IMG/VR virus record: IMGVR_UViG_3300023181_000036
Coordinates: 1-53,286 of that record
Reading direction: 5' to 3' (one strand)
DNA: 53,286 nt
DNA from: a virus
Taxonomy: Duplodnaviria > Caudoviricetes
A program made the position numbers and the translations under genes. The notes under the pieces are model-generated. The model saw only the letters and a program-made list of their open reading frames with translations. It did no database searches and was not told where the DNA came from. Numbering within the stretch: position 1 is the stretch's first letter; each line of letters starts with the position of its first letter. Shown here one piece after another: positions 1 to 8,727 of this stretch.

Positions 1-134
1 GATTGTGGCGGTTGGTGAGTACGTCGGCGTACAGGCGTTTCTTATCTATGCTGGCGCTGCGCTTGTCGGCGGTGCAGTCGCACGGAACAAACAGAAGCGC
101 GCAAACGAGTCGGCAAAGAATGCCTACAACGATT
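1..134 (+). repeat. Terminal direct repeat, left copy (circular overlap)
   Basis: 1-126 is identical to 53155-53280; the right copy then lacks 2 nt (gccta-CA-acgatt vs gccta-acgatt). Confidence 0.95.
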
Positions 135-3028
135 CGCTGACCGCGAAGAATCAAACGTTCCTGTCGTCGGAAGCGCCTTGGCAGATTATCTACGGCGAAC
201 CGCCTCCGGTTGGCGGTGCTATCGTAGCGCACATGGTGAGCGGTGATAGGGACCAATACCAACACGTAGTTATCGTACTTGCTGCGACAGCATTGGAAGA
301 AATTGGCGAAATCTATCTAGACGGCGAGCCTGTTGGTCAGCTTGACAACGACGGCTTTCCGCTCAGTGGTCCTTTCGTTGACAACGTAGATACGAACTAT
401 CGTCAGATTGATGTGACGTTTGACGCAGGCGGCGTTGTTGCTTTGCCGGGTGTGCAGATCACAGGTAACTGCACTATGACCACGATAGACAGTTTCGGAC
501 AACAAACCGTAACTGTGTTGCATTTCTTTTACGAAACGAATGCCAACATTACGCTAGTGTATGGCCCGCCGAATCTGCACACGCTCATTACCTGCAACGC
601 ACGTAACCGTGTGCCGCGTGTTCGTATCTATAAGCACAATAACGCTGACGGTGTAGCGGATACACGCCTGATTGCTGACTGCCCTGGCGAGTGGACTTCA
701 GACCACAAGCTACACGGACGTAGCTACCTTATCATGCGGTTTGATCTGGACTTCAATCGGTTCCAGCAAGGCATGCCGAACGTAACGGCGAAGTGCAAAG
801 GTAAGAAGGGTATCTACGATCCGCGTGACGGGCTGTTGAAGTACACGCGCAACCCTGCGCTGTGCTGGGCAGACTTTGTTTGCAACAAGTATGGCTTTGG
901 CGCAGCATACAGCCAACTCGATATGCCAGCGCTTATCGCAGCGGCGAACGCATGCGACGTAGTTGCGTACCCGGACCTGTCAGGCGATGCGTACTCGTAT
1001 CTGTATAACCTGGGTAACAGCCGCGCGCTGTACACGTGCGATGGCGTATTCAATACAGGTGAGGGCCGCGACAACACGCGCACCGCGCTTGAGCGCAGCA
1101 TGGGCGGCGTAAGCTTTGAATCGGGTGGAGTGTGGGTACTTCGTGCAGGCACATGGTCTACCCCGCTATTCACGCTCAATCCGACCGACCTTCGCGCACC
1201 TGTTGAAATCGTGCAGAGTAGCTACGGGCCGAACGAGCGTGTAAACGGTGCACGCGGACGCTATCTGAACGCGGCTGGCTTGGGGGTGCCTGAAGACGTG
1301 ACGCCGTATCAGAACGCCGTATTCCTTGCCGCTGACGTGAAGGCGAAATGGGCAGACGTGCAAGTTGGTTTCACGACCGGAGCGGTGCGCGCAATTCAAA
1401 TGTTGCGTATGGCTGTTGAAATGTCACGCGGCGGGCAAATCATTCTTGTGTCGCCTCGCATGCTGCATTGGAAAGCGCAACCCGGCGACAGGTTCATTCT
1501 GAATGAGCCAGCGATAAATGTTGCCGCAAAGGTGTACCGTATTCAGGATTGGGCGCATGCACGCGGCAACCCATGCGCGTTCACCGCAATCGAAGACGTG
1601 CCCACAATCTATGACCTGACGAACGAAACAGCGCAAGACCCCGCACCGAACGTTACGCCTGTCAATCCGCGCGACGTAGAAAATCTGCTGTTCGACGGCG
1701 AGCCACAGAGCGGCACCAATTACCTGACGATTCAGGCTGACGGAACTATTGTCACGAACGTGTTCATTCCTATCAAGCCTGCGACACGCCGTAACGTGTT
1801 CAACGGCGGTAACGTCGAAGTCGTATGGCGGCGTACGGATTCTGAAGGTGACGGATGGGTGAACGCGCCAGAAGCGCCCGGTAACGCAACTAGCGTCATG
1901 CTGTCCAACGTACCGGAAGTACCTATCACTATCGGTGCGCGGTTCTCCAACGACCTGAACCTGAAGGGGCACTTCAACTACATCACGCATCAGGTCATCG
2001 GCAAGACCGCGCCGCCGTCTGACATGACGGTGTTGAACATCGACGGCGATACACTGTCCTGGCCCCCGATTACCGACGCCGACCGCGCGGGCTATGTCTT
2101 CCGGTTCCACTACGGACAGAACACCGATTGGGGCACGGCGGCACCCCTGCATACCGAACAGATCGTTTCATCGCCCTACCGCATGATTCAGCGCCCCAGC
2201 GGGCCTGTCACGATCTTGGGCAAGGCCATCGACACGACGGAGCATGTCTCCCTCAACGCCATCCCTGTCTTTACGGACCTGGGAGACGCGCCCGTGGCGA
2301 ACGTGGTAGAGGTCTTCGATTTTGAGGCGATGGGCTGGCCTGGAGTTATCACAGGCGGCTCCATTGTGGGCACGGATATCGTTGCGAACGCGACAGACTC
2401 TTTTTACGGTGCGGATGCGGCGTCGTTCTACGATTCTGACGATACCGCTTCGTTGTATGAAACCGGCACGTATACGCCACTTGTGTACGTGACATCGCAG
2501 GTACTAATCAACAGCGCGCTTGCAGGTTCTTACCTTACCGTGATGCTTGAATCGCTCGGCGCGAACGCTACGGTTGAGTACCAGAAGTCCGGTCCTGAAC
2601 CTTTCTACGGTACAGGTAGCGCGCCCTTCTACGGCGTTGGTCCTGACTCGTTCTACGGCCCTCCTGGCGATTGGTTGCCGTTGCCTGGACAACTACTCGT
2701 TGAGAATGTCGGCTACGCGTTCCGTATCACGATTGGCCCTGGCGCTGTGCAGGGTGTTATCGACAAGTTCTCATTGACGGTTGACGCGCCTGACATCATT
2801 GAAGATATTAGCGATCTGCCGTTGGTTGCGGCAGGTACCGTCGTCCCGTATACGAAACCGTTCACGGTCATCAAGTACGTGTACCCGGCGCTACAGGCAA
2901 ATGGTAGCGGAGCAACACGATTGGGCATCGTCAAAGTAGGCCCCCTGACAACCGTTCTCACCCCTTACAATGCTGCCAACGTCGGCGTGAATGGCGCGAC
3001 CGCAGACGTTCAACTTAAAGGCTACTGA
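5..3028 (+). CDS. Tail tip / central tail hub (lambda J-like host-specificity protein); true start at 53075 across the circular junction
   Basis: Motifs WQIIYGE, KGKKGIYDPR, YTRNPALCWADF and an FN3-like C-terminal part; follows the NlpC-like gene. Confidence 0.85.
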   Translation: MAVGEYVGVQAFLIYAGAALVGGAVARNKQKRANESAKNAYNDSLTAKNQTFLSSEAPWQIIYGEPPPVGGAIVAHMVSGDRDQYQHVVIVLAATALEEIGEIYLDGEPVGQLDNDGFPLSGPFVDNVDTNYRQIDVTFDAGGVVALPGVQITGNCTMTTIDSFGQQTVTVLHFFYETNANITLVYGPPNLHTLITCNARNRVPRVRIYKHNNADGVADTRLIADCPGEWTSDHKLHGRSYLIMRFDLDFNRFQQGMPNVTAKCKGKKGIYDPRDGLLKYTRNPALCWADFVCNKYGFGAAYSQLDMPALIAAANACDVVAYPDLSGDAYSYLYNLGNSRALYTCDGVFNTGEGRDNTRTALERSMGGVSFESGGVWVLRAGTWSTPLFTLNPTDLRAPVEIVQSSYGPNERVNGARGRYLNAAGLGVPEDVTPYQNAVFLAADVKAKWADVQVGFTTGAVRAIQMLRMAVEMSRGGQIILVSPRMLHWKAQPGDRFILNEPAINVAAKVYRIQDWAHARGNPCAFTAIEDVPTIYDLTNETAQDPAPNVTPVNPRDVENLLFDGEPQSGTNYLTIQADGTIVTNVFIPIKPATRRNVFNGGNVEVVWRRTDSEGDGWVNAPEAPGNATSVMLSNVPEVPITIGARFSNDLNLKGHFNYITHQVIGKTAPPSDMTVLNIDGDTLSWPPITDADRAGYVFRFHYGQNTDWGTAAPLHTEQIVSSPYRMIQRPSGPVTILGKAIDTTEHVSLNAIPVFTDLGDAPVANVVEVFDFEAMGWPGVITGGSIVGTDIVANATDSFYGADAASFYDSDDTASLYETGTYTPLVYVTSQVLINSALAGSYLTVMLESLGANATVEYQKSGPEPFYGTGSAPFYGVGPDSFYGPPGDWLPLPGQLLVENVGYAFRITIGPGAVQGVIDKFSLTVDAPDIIEDISDLPLVAAGTVVPYTKPFTVIKYVYPALQANGSGATRLGIVKVGPLTTVLTPYNAANVGVNGATADVQLKGY

Positions 3029-3029
3029 C

Positions 3030-4010
3030 ATGGCTGCACCCCCCAATAGAAACGAGATTTCCGATACCTACCCGAACCCCACGGATGCCGTCGCCCGCGC
3101 CGGATTCGGCAAGCTGTGGGATTACGTCACGGGCCTGTTGGGCGCGACCGGCAACGCTGTCGAAGCACGTGCCGCCTTGGGCGTTGACGATCCGATGGCG
3201 AATGGTTTCCGTCTCACGCTTACAAGTAACGTGCCGGTAACTCCAACCGATGTGGTAGGTGGAACCATCTACGCGTGTCCGATGACGGGCAATGTCATTT
3301 CGCTATACGATGCTACGTTAGCTAAATGGGTTAAGCGTACCTCAGCACAATTTTCTCTTGCGCTTGGTACGCTAACAAGCAACCTGCCGCATGATGTTTT
3401 CTGTTACTCAAACGCTGGCGTGCCTACACTGGAGTTTACGCCCTGGACCAATTTGGTAACACGAGCTACGGCGCTTGTGCGCCTAGACGGTGTGCTTGTT
3501 AAATCCGGTGCACCGACGCGGCGGTATTTGGGCACGTTCCGCACCAACGGTACAACGACAACCGTTGATTCGGATGCGTTCCGCTATCTGTGGAACTACT
3601 ACAACCGCGTTGATCGTCGTATCCTTGTCCTGGGGCTCAGTTCGACTTGGACCTACGCGACGAACGCATGGCGGCAGGCGCAAGGCGCGACACAGAACCA
3701 ATTCAATTGCGTCATCGGCGTTGCGGAAGACATAACGATGGCGATGGTGCGTACGTCTGCCTTGGGCAGTTCCGGCACGTACGCAAACTGCATGGTTGCG
3801 ATGGGCCTTGATAGCACCACAGCGCCTACGTCGAACACGGTGCTTGCCGCGACAGCAAACGTCGCGTACGTCGCCTACAACGCTGACTATCCGGTGCTGA
3901 TCCCCGAAGGTGGTCATTACATCGCATGGCTTGAAATTGCTACGTCTGGTATCAGCGTTACGTTCCAAGGTGGCGGCGGTGGCGCGATCCTCGGCACGAT
4001 GCGAGCATAA
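3030..4010 (+). CDS. Tail fibre / receptor-binding protein 1
   Basis: T/G/A-rich; follows the tail tip gene; N-terminal ~52 aa are paralogous to the next ORF. Confidence 0.65.
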   Translation: MAAPPNRNEISDTYPNPTDAVARAGFGKLWDYVTGLLGATGNAVEARAALGVDDPMANGFRLTLTSNVPVTPTDVVGGTIYACPMTGNVISLYDATLAKWVKRTSAQFSLALGTLTSNLPHDVFCYSNAGVPTLEFTPWTNLVTRATALVRLDGVLVKSGAPTRRYLGTFRTNGTTTTVDSDAFRYLWNYYNRVDRRILVLGLSSTWTYATNAWRQAQGATQNQFNCVIGVAEDITMAMVRTSALGSSGTYANCMVAMGLDSTTAPTSNTVLAATANVAYVAYNADYPVLIPEGGHYIAWLEIATSGISVTFQGGGGGAILGTMRA

Positions 4011-4019
4011 GGAAACATC

Positions 4020-4502
4020 ATGGCAGCACCCCCGTTACGCACTGACCTAGCGAATACATACCCCAATCCGAGCAACGGCGTGTTCCGCATCGGCATCGGA
4101 GCATTGTGGGATTACCTTACGGGCCTGCTCGGTGCGACCGGCAATCCGAAAGAAGCGTTGCTTGCGCTTGGCGTGCAGAACAAGAATGTGTCGAAGCCTG
4201 CGCACAGTGCAACGCCTGTATTCGACTGCGCCTTGTTCGCTACATTCAAGCCTGGAGTCGTTACGGCAAACATTTCATCCATGACGTTTCAAAACATGGT
4301 TGAGGGCGAGTGGTACACGGTGCGCCTCAAGATGAACGCGACAGGCGGCTATACGGTTGCCGTTCCGAGCATCGCGGGCGGCAATACGCCGAAGATCACA
4401 GGTACGTACGGTAACTTGCCGAATCAAGTCAGTATGCTGACGGTGTGCTACGACGCCACAGACAATCGCGTTGAAGGCGCTTGGACCGTACTTGCCCCAT
4501 GA
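4020..4502 (+). CDS. Short tail fibre / RBP 2 sharing its N-terminal anchor with RBP 1
   Basis: RBS AAGGA; MAAPP..TYPNP..LWDY.TGLLGATGN motif. Confidence 0.6.
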   Translation: MAAPPLRTDLANTYPNPSNGVFRIGIGALWDYLTGLLGATGNPKEALLALGVQNKNVSKPAHSATPVFDCALFATFKPGVVTANISSMTFQNMVEGEWYTVRLKMNATGGYTVAVPSIAGGNTPKITGTYGNLPNQVSMLTVCYDATDNRVEGAWTVLAP

Positions 4503-4900
4503 CGTTACTTGTATCCAATAATAGCCGCGCGGTAATGGTCACAGGCGACTACGGTTTCGTTTTTTATCAAGCGCGCGGCTATGTGCTTGGTGGCGGTGCG
4601 GGAGACAGCCTCAGCAATACGCAAGGGGTAGACCAAATAATAATTAACCAACTACTTACGACGTACGAAGGCAGTGAAGGTTATCGCGTAGTGCTGCATG
4701 TCACTACGACCTTATTGCGCGTATACGGCGCACTCTTAGCACAAACAGCGTTGAGTTACCTAAAGCTCGGTAATCGCGTGTACCTTACAGCTACGGCTTC
4801 GTTCTTTTCACAGAGCGGCGATGCAACTTGGACGTGGACCGGGCTATCCGCCGCTGATTTGCTGGCTGTGGGCGTAGTAGTTGACGTTGAGATAGGTTGA
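4499..4900 (+). CDS. Hypothetical tail-associated protein
   Basis: ATGA overlap with the upstream stop; beta-rich sequence. Confidence 0.55.
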   Translation: MTLLVSNNSRAVMVTGDYGFVFYQARGYVLGGGAGDSLSNTQGVDQIIINQLLTTYEGSEGYRVVLHVTTTLLRVYGALLAQTALSYLKLGNRVYLTATASFFSQSGDATWTWTGLSAADLLAVGVVVDVEIG

Positions 4901-4953
4901 CCCGGCAATCGCGCCTATAATCCCCCTGGCTCCCCGCCCTCAAAGGACGCCCA

Positions 4954-5355
4954 ATGACCGTCGCCTACGACCTTCTTATCATCGCAGGACAAGACCTGAC
5001 GAACGCTACGTTCCGTTGGAAGATCAACGACGCGCCTGTTGACCTGACATCCTTCAAAGCCCGTGCCCACATTCGTAGGGCGCTTGACGTTGAGGAAGAC
5101 CCAACGGTGATCTTCACGACGGAGAACGGCGGCATCGTGCTTGGCGGCGTGACTGGAACAATCGAAATGCTCATGGATGCGGTAGCGAGTGCGGCACTGT
5201 GGAGCGATGACCTACCGGCTTCACCTACGTCGTACAAGGGCCGTCGTTGCTACGACCTGGGCTATTGGGATATTGAAATCCTGAACGCTATCAACGAACC
5301 AATTGAACGCCTACTGCAAGGCCGCGTTGCCATCTGCCCGGAGGCTACCCGATGA
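4954..5355 (+). CDS. BppU-like fibre adaptor protein
   Basis: PVDLT..ARAHIR, GTIEM and RLLQGRV pattern typical of adaptors upstream of fibres; RBS AAGGA. Confidence 0.55.
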   Translation: MTVAYDLLIIAGQDLTNATFRWKINDAPVDLTSFKARAHIRRALDVEEDPTVIFTTENGGIVLGGVTGTIEMLMDAVASAALWSDDLPASPTSYKGRRCYDLGYWDIEILNAINEPIERLLQGRVAICPEATR

Positions 5356-7907
5356 TTGAAGTTATCGAAAGTCCGTCAACGCAAACGCTTGAGGTCATCA
5401 AGGATGACGGCACGGTAAAGCTGCTTGAGGTCGTTGCGCGTGGTCCCCAGGGCATCGCCGGTCAGGCTGTCGAACCAGTGTGGGGAAACATCACAGGTGC
5501 GCTGCTTGACCAACTCGATTTGAAGACTGCGCTTGACGGTAAGTTGTCGTTGGGCGGCGGTACGATGACCGGCAACATTGGGTTTGGTGGCATCACGAAT
5601 GCGTTCCCGATGCTGAAGCGGAATGGGGTAGGTATTGACATTCGTTTAGCTGACGATAGCGCCTATGGGACACTGCGCGCCAATGCTGTTGAGTTTGATG
5701 TCGATGGGCGTTCAAAACTTACGCGCAATATTAATACTGACGGTCTTGACTTCTGGGGCGGCGCTACTCGTATCGGTGGGACATGGAATGCTGGCATTCT
5801 CTTTGATGCAACGAAGTCAGTGTCATGGTCTTCTGGGGCGTTTGGCACTACCTCACCTGACCTCTACCTGCGCCGTGGCGGCGCTGGTGTGCTTGAGCAG
5901 TACAACGGCGCGAACGCTCAGGCCCAGAACGTATACAACACGCGCACCGACGCGAGCAACTATGAGCGTGGTGTGTTTGCGTGGTCTGGTGGAGTTCTAA
6001 ATATTGGGGCTGAAAAGGCCGGTACGGGGGTTGATCGTGGGGTGGTTATTAAGAGCGCTGGTGTAGCTGCTGTTGTCATCAACACAAACGGCTCGAATCG
6101 TTGGCGCTTTGATGAAGGTGGGGTGTTCCATCCCATTACTGATAACACCAATGACATTGGTGGCAGCGCCAATCGGATGCGTAATGCCTACGTAGGCACA
6201 AGCCTTGTTGTCGGCGGCGATGGTACGACTGGCAATCCACGCGGTGTGATTTCCTGGGACACGAATCAACTAATGATCCAGTCCCTTGAGAGCGGGTCGT
6301 TTCGTGCGATCTCCTTCAAGGTTGGTGCGCAATCGGTTATTGCACAGATTGACCAAACAGGGTTGATGTTCCCTACGGACAACAGCTACGATATTGGGGC
6401 AAGCGCAGCAAAGCGCCCGCGTAGCATCTACACCTCTGCCAATGTGTTTGTTGGCTCTCGTCTGGAACTTGGCAATAACCTTGGCCTAGGAAGCGGTAAC
6501 GCGCTGTTCATGAACAGCTTAGGAATGATGATGAGTTCCGCCATGTACTTGGCATGGAGTAGCGGTGGTAACGCGACATCAGGAATTGATACGTTTATGT
6601 ATCGCGGTATTGCGGGGCGGATTGACCAACGGTTTGGAGTCAACGCCCAAGGCCAGCGCATCTACAACACCTACACCGACGCCTCCAACGGCGAATGGGC
6701 AAGCCTCGGTTGGCAGGACAACGCCAATATTCTGACGCTGGCGACGGGGGCGAACGGTACTGGTACTGTACGGAATCTCCGACTTAGTGCGCCCAGAATC
6801 ATAGTCAATACCCAATCGCAGATATTCAACGTTGCGGATACTGCCGGTATCTATTTTGCTGACGGCGATTTGCGTTTCTACGAAAACAGCCTTGCGTCTA
6901 GTCTCCGCTTACAAAAAAGTACGTTCAGTGGTGGTCAAGGCGTAAAGCTGGGAGCGAATGCCGGACTGATGTGGGCTACGACAGGGGATGTCGGTATCGA
7001 CGCCGTTGACACGGGTATCCGTCGCAACGCAGCCGGTGTCGTTGAAATCAACAACGGCACGGCGGGTACGTTGGCTGGTTTGACGCTTGCTTCACTCACT
7101 ACAGCATCTGCGAAAGTCATTATTGATGCGTTGGCCGGTGCTGGCCGTCTGACGTTGACACGCGCATCTGATGGGTACGGCTGGCGGTTGACGCCCAATT
7201 CAGCGAATGTGCTTGAGTTCCGTTCGGGCTCCGGTGCATCGGATACCGTCTACGGCAGTCTGACAGACGCGGGCGCACTCAGTGTGGCAGCTAATGGAAC
7301 CTTCGGACGTTACGAAATCGACCAGACTTACGGCCTGCGTCCGACATCAGGTAGCGGTGCGCTGTCCATTGGCACCAGTGCACAGCTAATCTGGGCAGCA
7401 AGTTACGGTGTTGCCCTCAATGGTCTTGTGATCGGCACTGCCAACCAAGACGCACGCCTGTCCTACGACGGCACCGGAACCATTGCACAGCGTAATGCCG
7501 CTGTCGCGCAGAACTGGAACACATACGGCACCTACACCGATGCGTCCAATTACCGCCGCCTGCGTTTCGGCAGCACGACGGCAGGTGCGTTCAGCATCAC
7601 GGCGGAAGGGCTGGGGACTGGTGCGAGTGGCAATACGTTGACGTTGAACGGTGGCAGTGGCTGGAACATTGATGCAGCGGGAAATGCACTTCTACGCGCA
7701 ATAACAACTAATGTAGCGGCCGGTTTTTCGGCTGTCCCGCAACTGACTTCGTTAGTTGTCATTGGCGCATCGACAACAACAGCGTCCCATCTTCGACTGA
7801 CGGCAGGCGCAAACGTTGCAGGTCCTGTCAACGGCGACATCTGGTTCGACGGCACGGACATCAAAATGCGTATTGGCGGCGTTACCAAAACATTCACACT
7901 TACCTAA
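5352..7907 (+). CDS. Long modular tail fibre protein (851 aa)
   Basis: GPQG collagen-like start, GGTMTG motif, internal repeats, followed by a chaperone-like gene. Confidence 0.8.
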   Translation: MIEVIESPSTQTLEVIKDDGTVKLLEVVARGPQGIAGQAVEPVWGNITGALLDQLDLKTALDGKLSLGGGTMTGNIGFGGITNAFPMLKRNGVGIDIRLADDSAYGTLRANAVEFDVDGRSKLTRNINTDGLDFWGGATRIGGTWNAGILFDATKSVSWSSGAFGTTSPDLYLRRGGAGVLEQYNGANAQAQNVYNTRTDASNYERGVFAWSGGVLNIGAEKAGTGVDRGVVIKSAGVAAVVINTNGSNRWRFDEGGVFHPITDNTNDIGGSANRMRNAYVGTSLVVGGDGTTGNPRGVISWDTNQLMIQSLESGSFRAISFKVGAQSVIAQIDQTGLMFPTDNSYDIGASAAKRPRSIYTSANVFVGSRLELGNNLGLGSGNALFMNSLGMMMSSAMYLAWSSGGNATSGIDTFMYRGIAGRIDQRFGVNAQGQRIYNTYTDASNGEWASLGWQDNANILTLATGANGTGTVRNLRLSAPRIIVNTQSQIFNVADTAGIYFADGDLRFYENSLASSLRLQKSTFSGGQGVKLGANAGLMWATTGDVGIDAVDTGIRRNAAGVVEINNGTAGTLAGLTLASLTTASAKVIIDALAGAGRLTLTRASDGYGWRLTPNSANVLEFRSGSGASDTVYGSLTDAGALSVAANGTFGRYEIDQTYGLRPTSGSGALSIGTSAQLIWAASYGVALNGLVIGTANQDARLSYDGTGTIAQRNAAVAQNWNTYGTYTDASNYRRLRFGSTTAGAFSITAEGLGTGASGNTLTLNGGSGWNIDAAGNALLRAITTNVAAGFSAVPQLTSLVVIGASTTTASHLRLTAGANVAGPVNGDIWFDGTDIKMRIGGVTKTFTLT

Positions 7908-7918
7908 AGGAGCTACAC

Positions 7919-8452
7919 ATGAAAACCCTCACCCTCGTTGTTTCTGATCCTGATTTGCTCGCGGGCCTGCAAGCTGCGCTTGACCGCTACAACGCCGACT
8001 TGCCGCAGACGATCCAAGTTGACGGCATCGACGTGCCAAACCCGAAGCTGATCGCCACGGTTGAAGCCTACTTCGAGAAGAACGCAATCGGCTGGCTGCA
8101 AAGCTACGCCGGTCAGTACGTCGAAGGCTACGTTCGGCCTAGCGACGAAGCACAACGCGAGCCGACGCCGGAAGAACTGGTTGCCATCGGTACCGGCGCG
8201 GTACAGCTTCAGCTTGACGCCTTCGCCAAGACGCGCGGCTACGACAACATCCTGTCGGCCTGCACGTACGCTACGTCCGGCGTGCCCAAGTTCGCGGCAG
8301 AAGGCCAGTACTGCGTTGACCTCCGCGACAACGTGTGGGCAGCATGCTATGCTATCCTCGCCGACGTACAAGCTGGGAACCGTCCCATGCCTACACTGCC
8401 TGAACTCCTGGCTGAACTGCCGGATGCTGAATGGCCCAACACCGAGGAATGA
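7919..8452 (+). CDS. Tail fibre assembly protein
   Basis: LDAFAKTRGYDNILSACTYATS...LLAELP motif; RBS AAGGAG. Confidence 0.7.
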   Translation: MKTLTLVVSDPDLLAGLQAALDRYNADLPQTIQVDGIDVPNPKLIATVEAYFEKNAIGWLQSYAGQYVEGYVRPSDEAQREPTPEELVAIGTGAVQLQLDAFAKTRGYDNILSACTYATSGVPKFAAEGQYCVDLRDNVWAACYAILADVQAGNRPMPTLPELLAELPDAEWPNTEE

Positions 8453-8727
8453 CCGTGAAACCCATCAAGACTGCCGTTGCCCGCGCCGCCCAGACAGGCC
8501 CCGTGGCAGCGCAACCGCCTGTAGCACCCTTCACGCTGAAAGAACTCCAGTTCATCGCGGAGTCGCTTGACGCCTTCAACCGGGCCAACGGCTTGCGCGT
8601 GGCTGTGGCCTGCCTCACGGTCATGCAAAAGGTCGAAGCCCTCGCCCAGGCCCAGGGCGGAGAAGAAAACGCCGGGAAGGGGCCGTCTGACACGCCGCAG
8701 GCACCTTCCGGCACGCCCCAAGCCTAG
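8449..8727 (+). CDS. Hypothetical protein (possible fibre chaperone)
   Basis: RBS GAGG, ATGA coupling, last gene of the late operon. Confidence 0.55.
   Translation: MTVKPIKTAVARAAQTGPVAAQPPVAPFTLKELQFIAESLDAFNRANGLRVAVACLTVMQKVEALAQAQGGEENAGKGPSDTPQAPSGTPQA

Noticed and set aside
4897-4921. TTGACC...TATAAT promoter before the adaptor gene
   Set aside because: The spacer is only 13 nt; it may be a late promoter but cannot be supported as sigma70
3030-7907. Possible diversity-generating retroelement or invertible fibre cassette
   Set aside because: No reverse transcriptase or invertase, no adenine-specific TR/VR pair, and no inverted fibre segments seen
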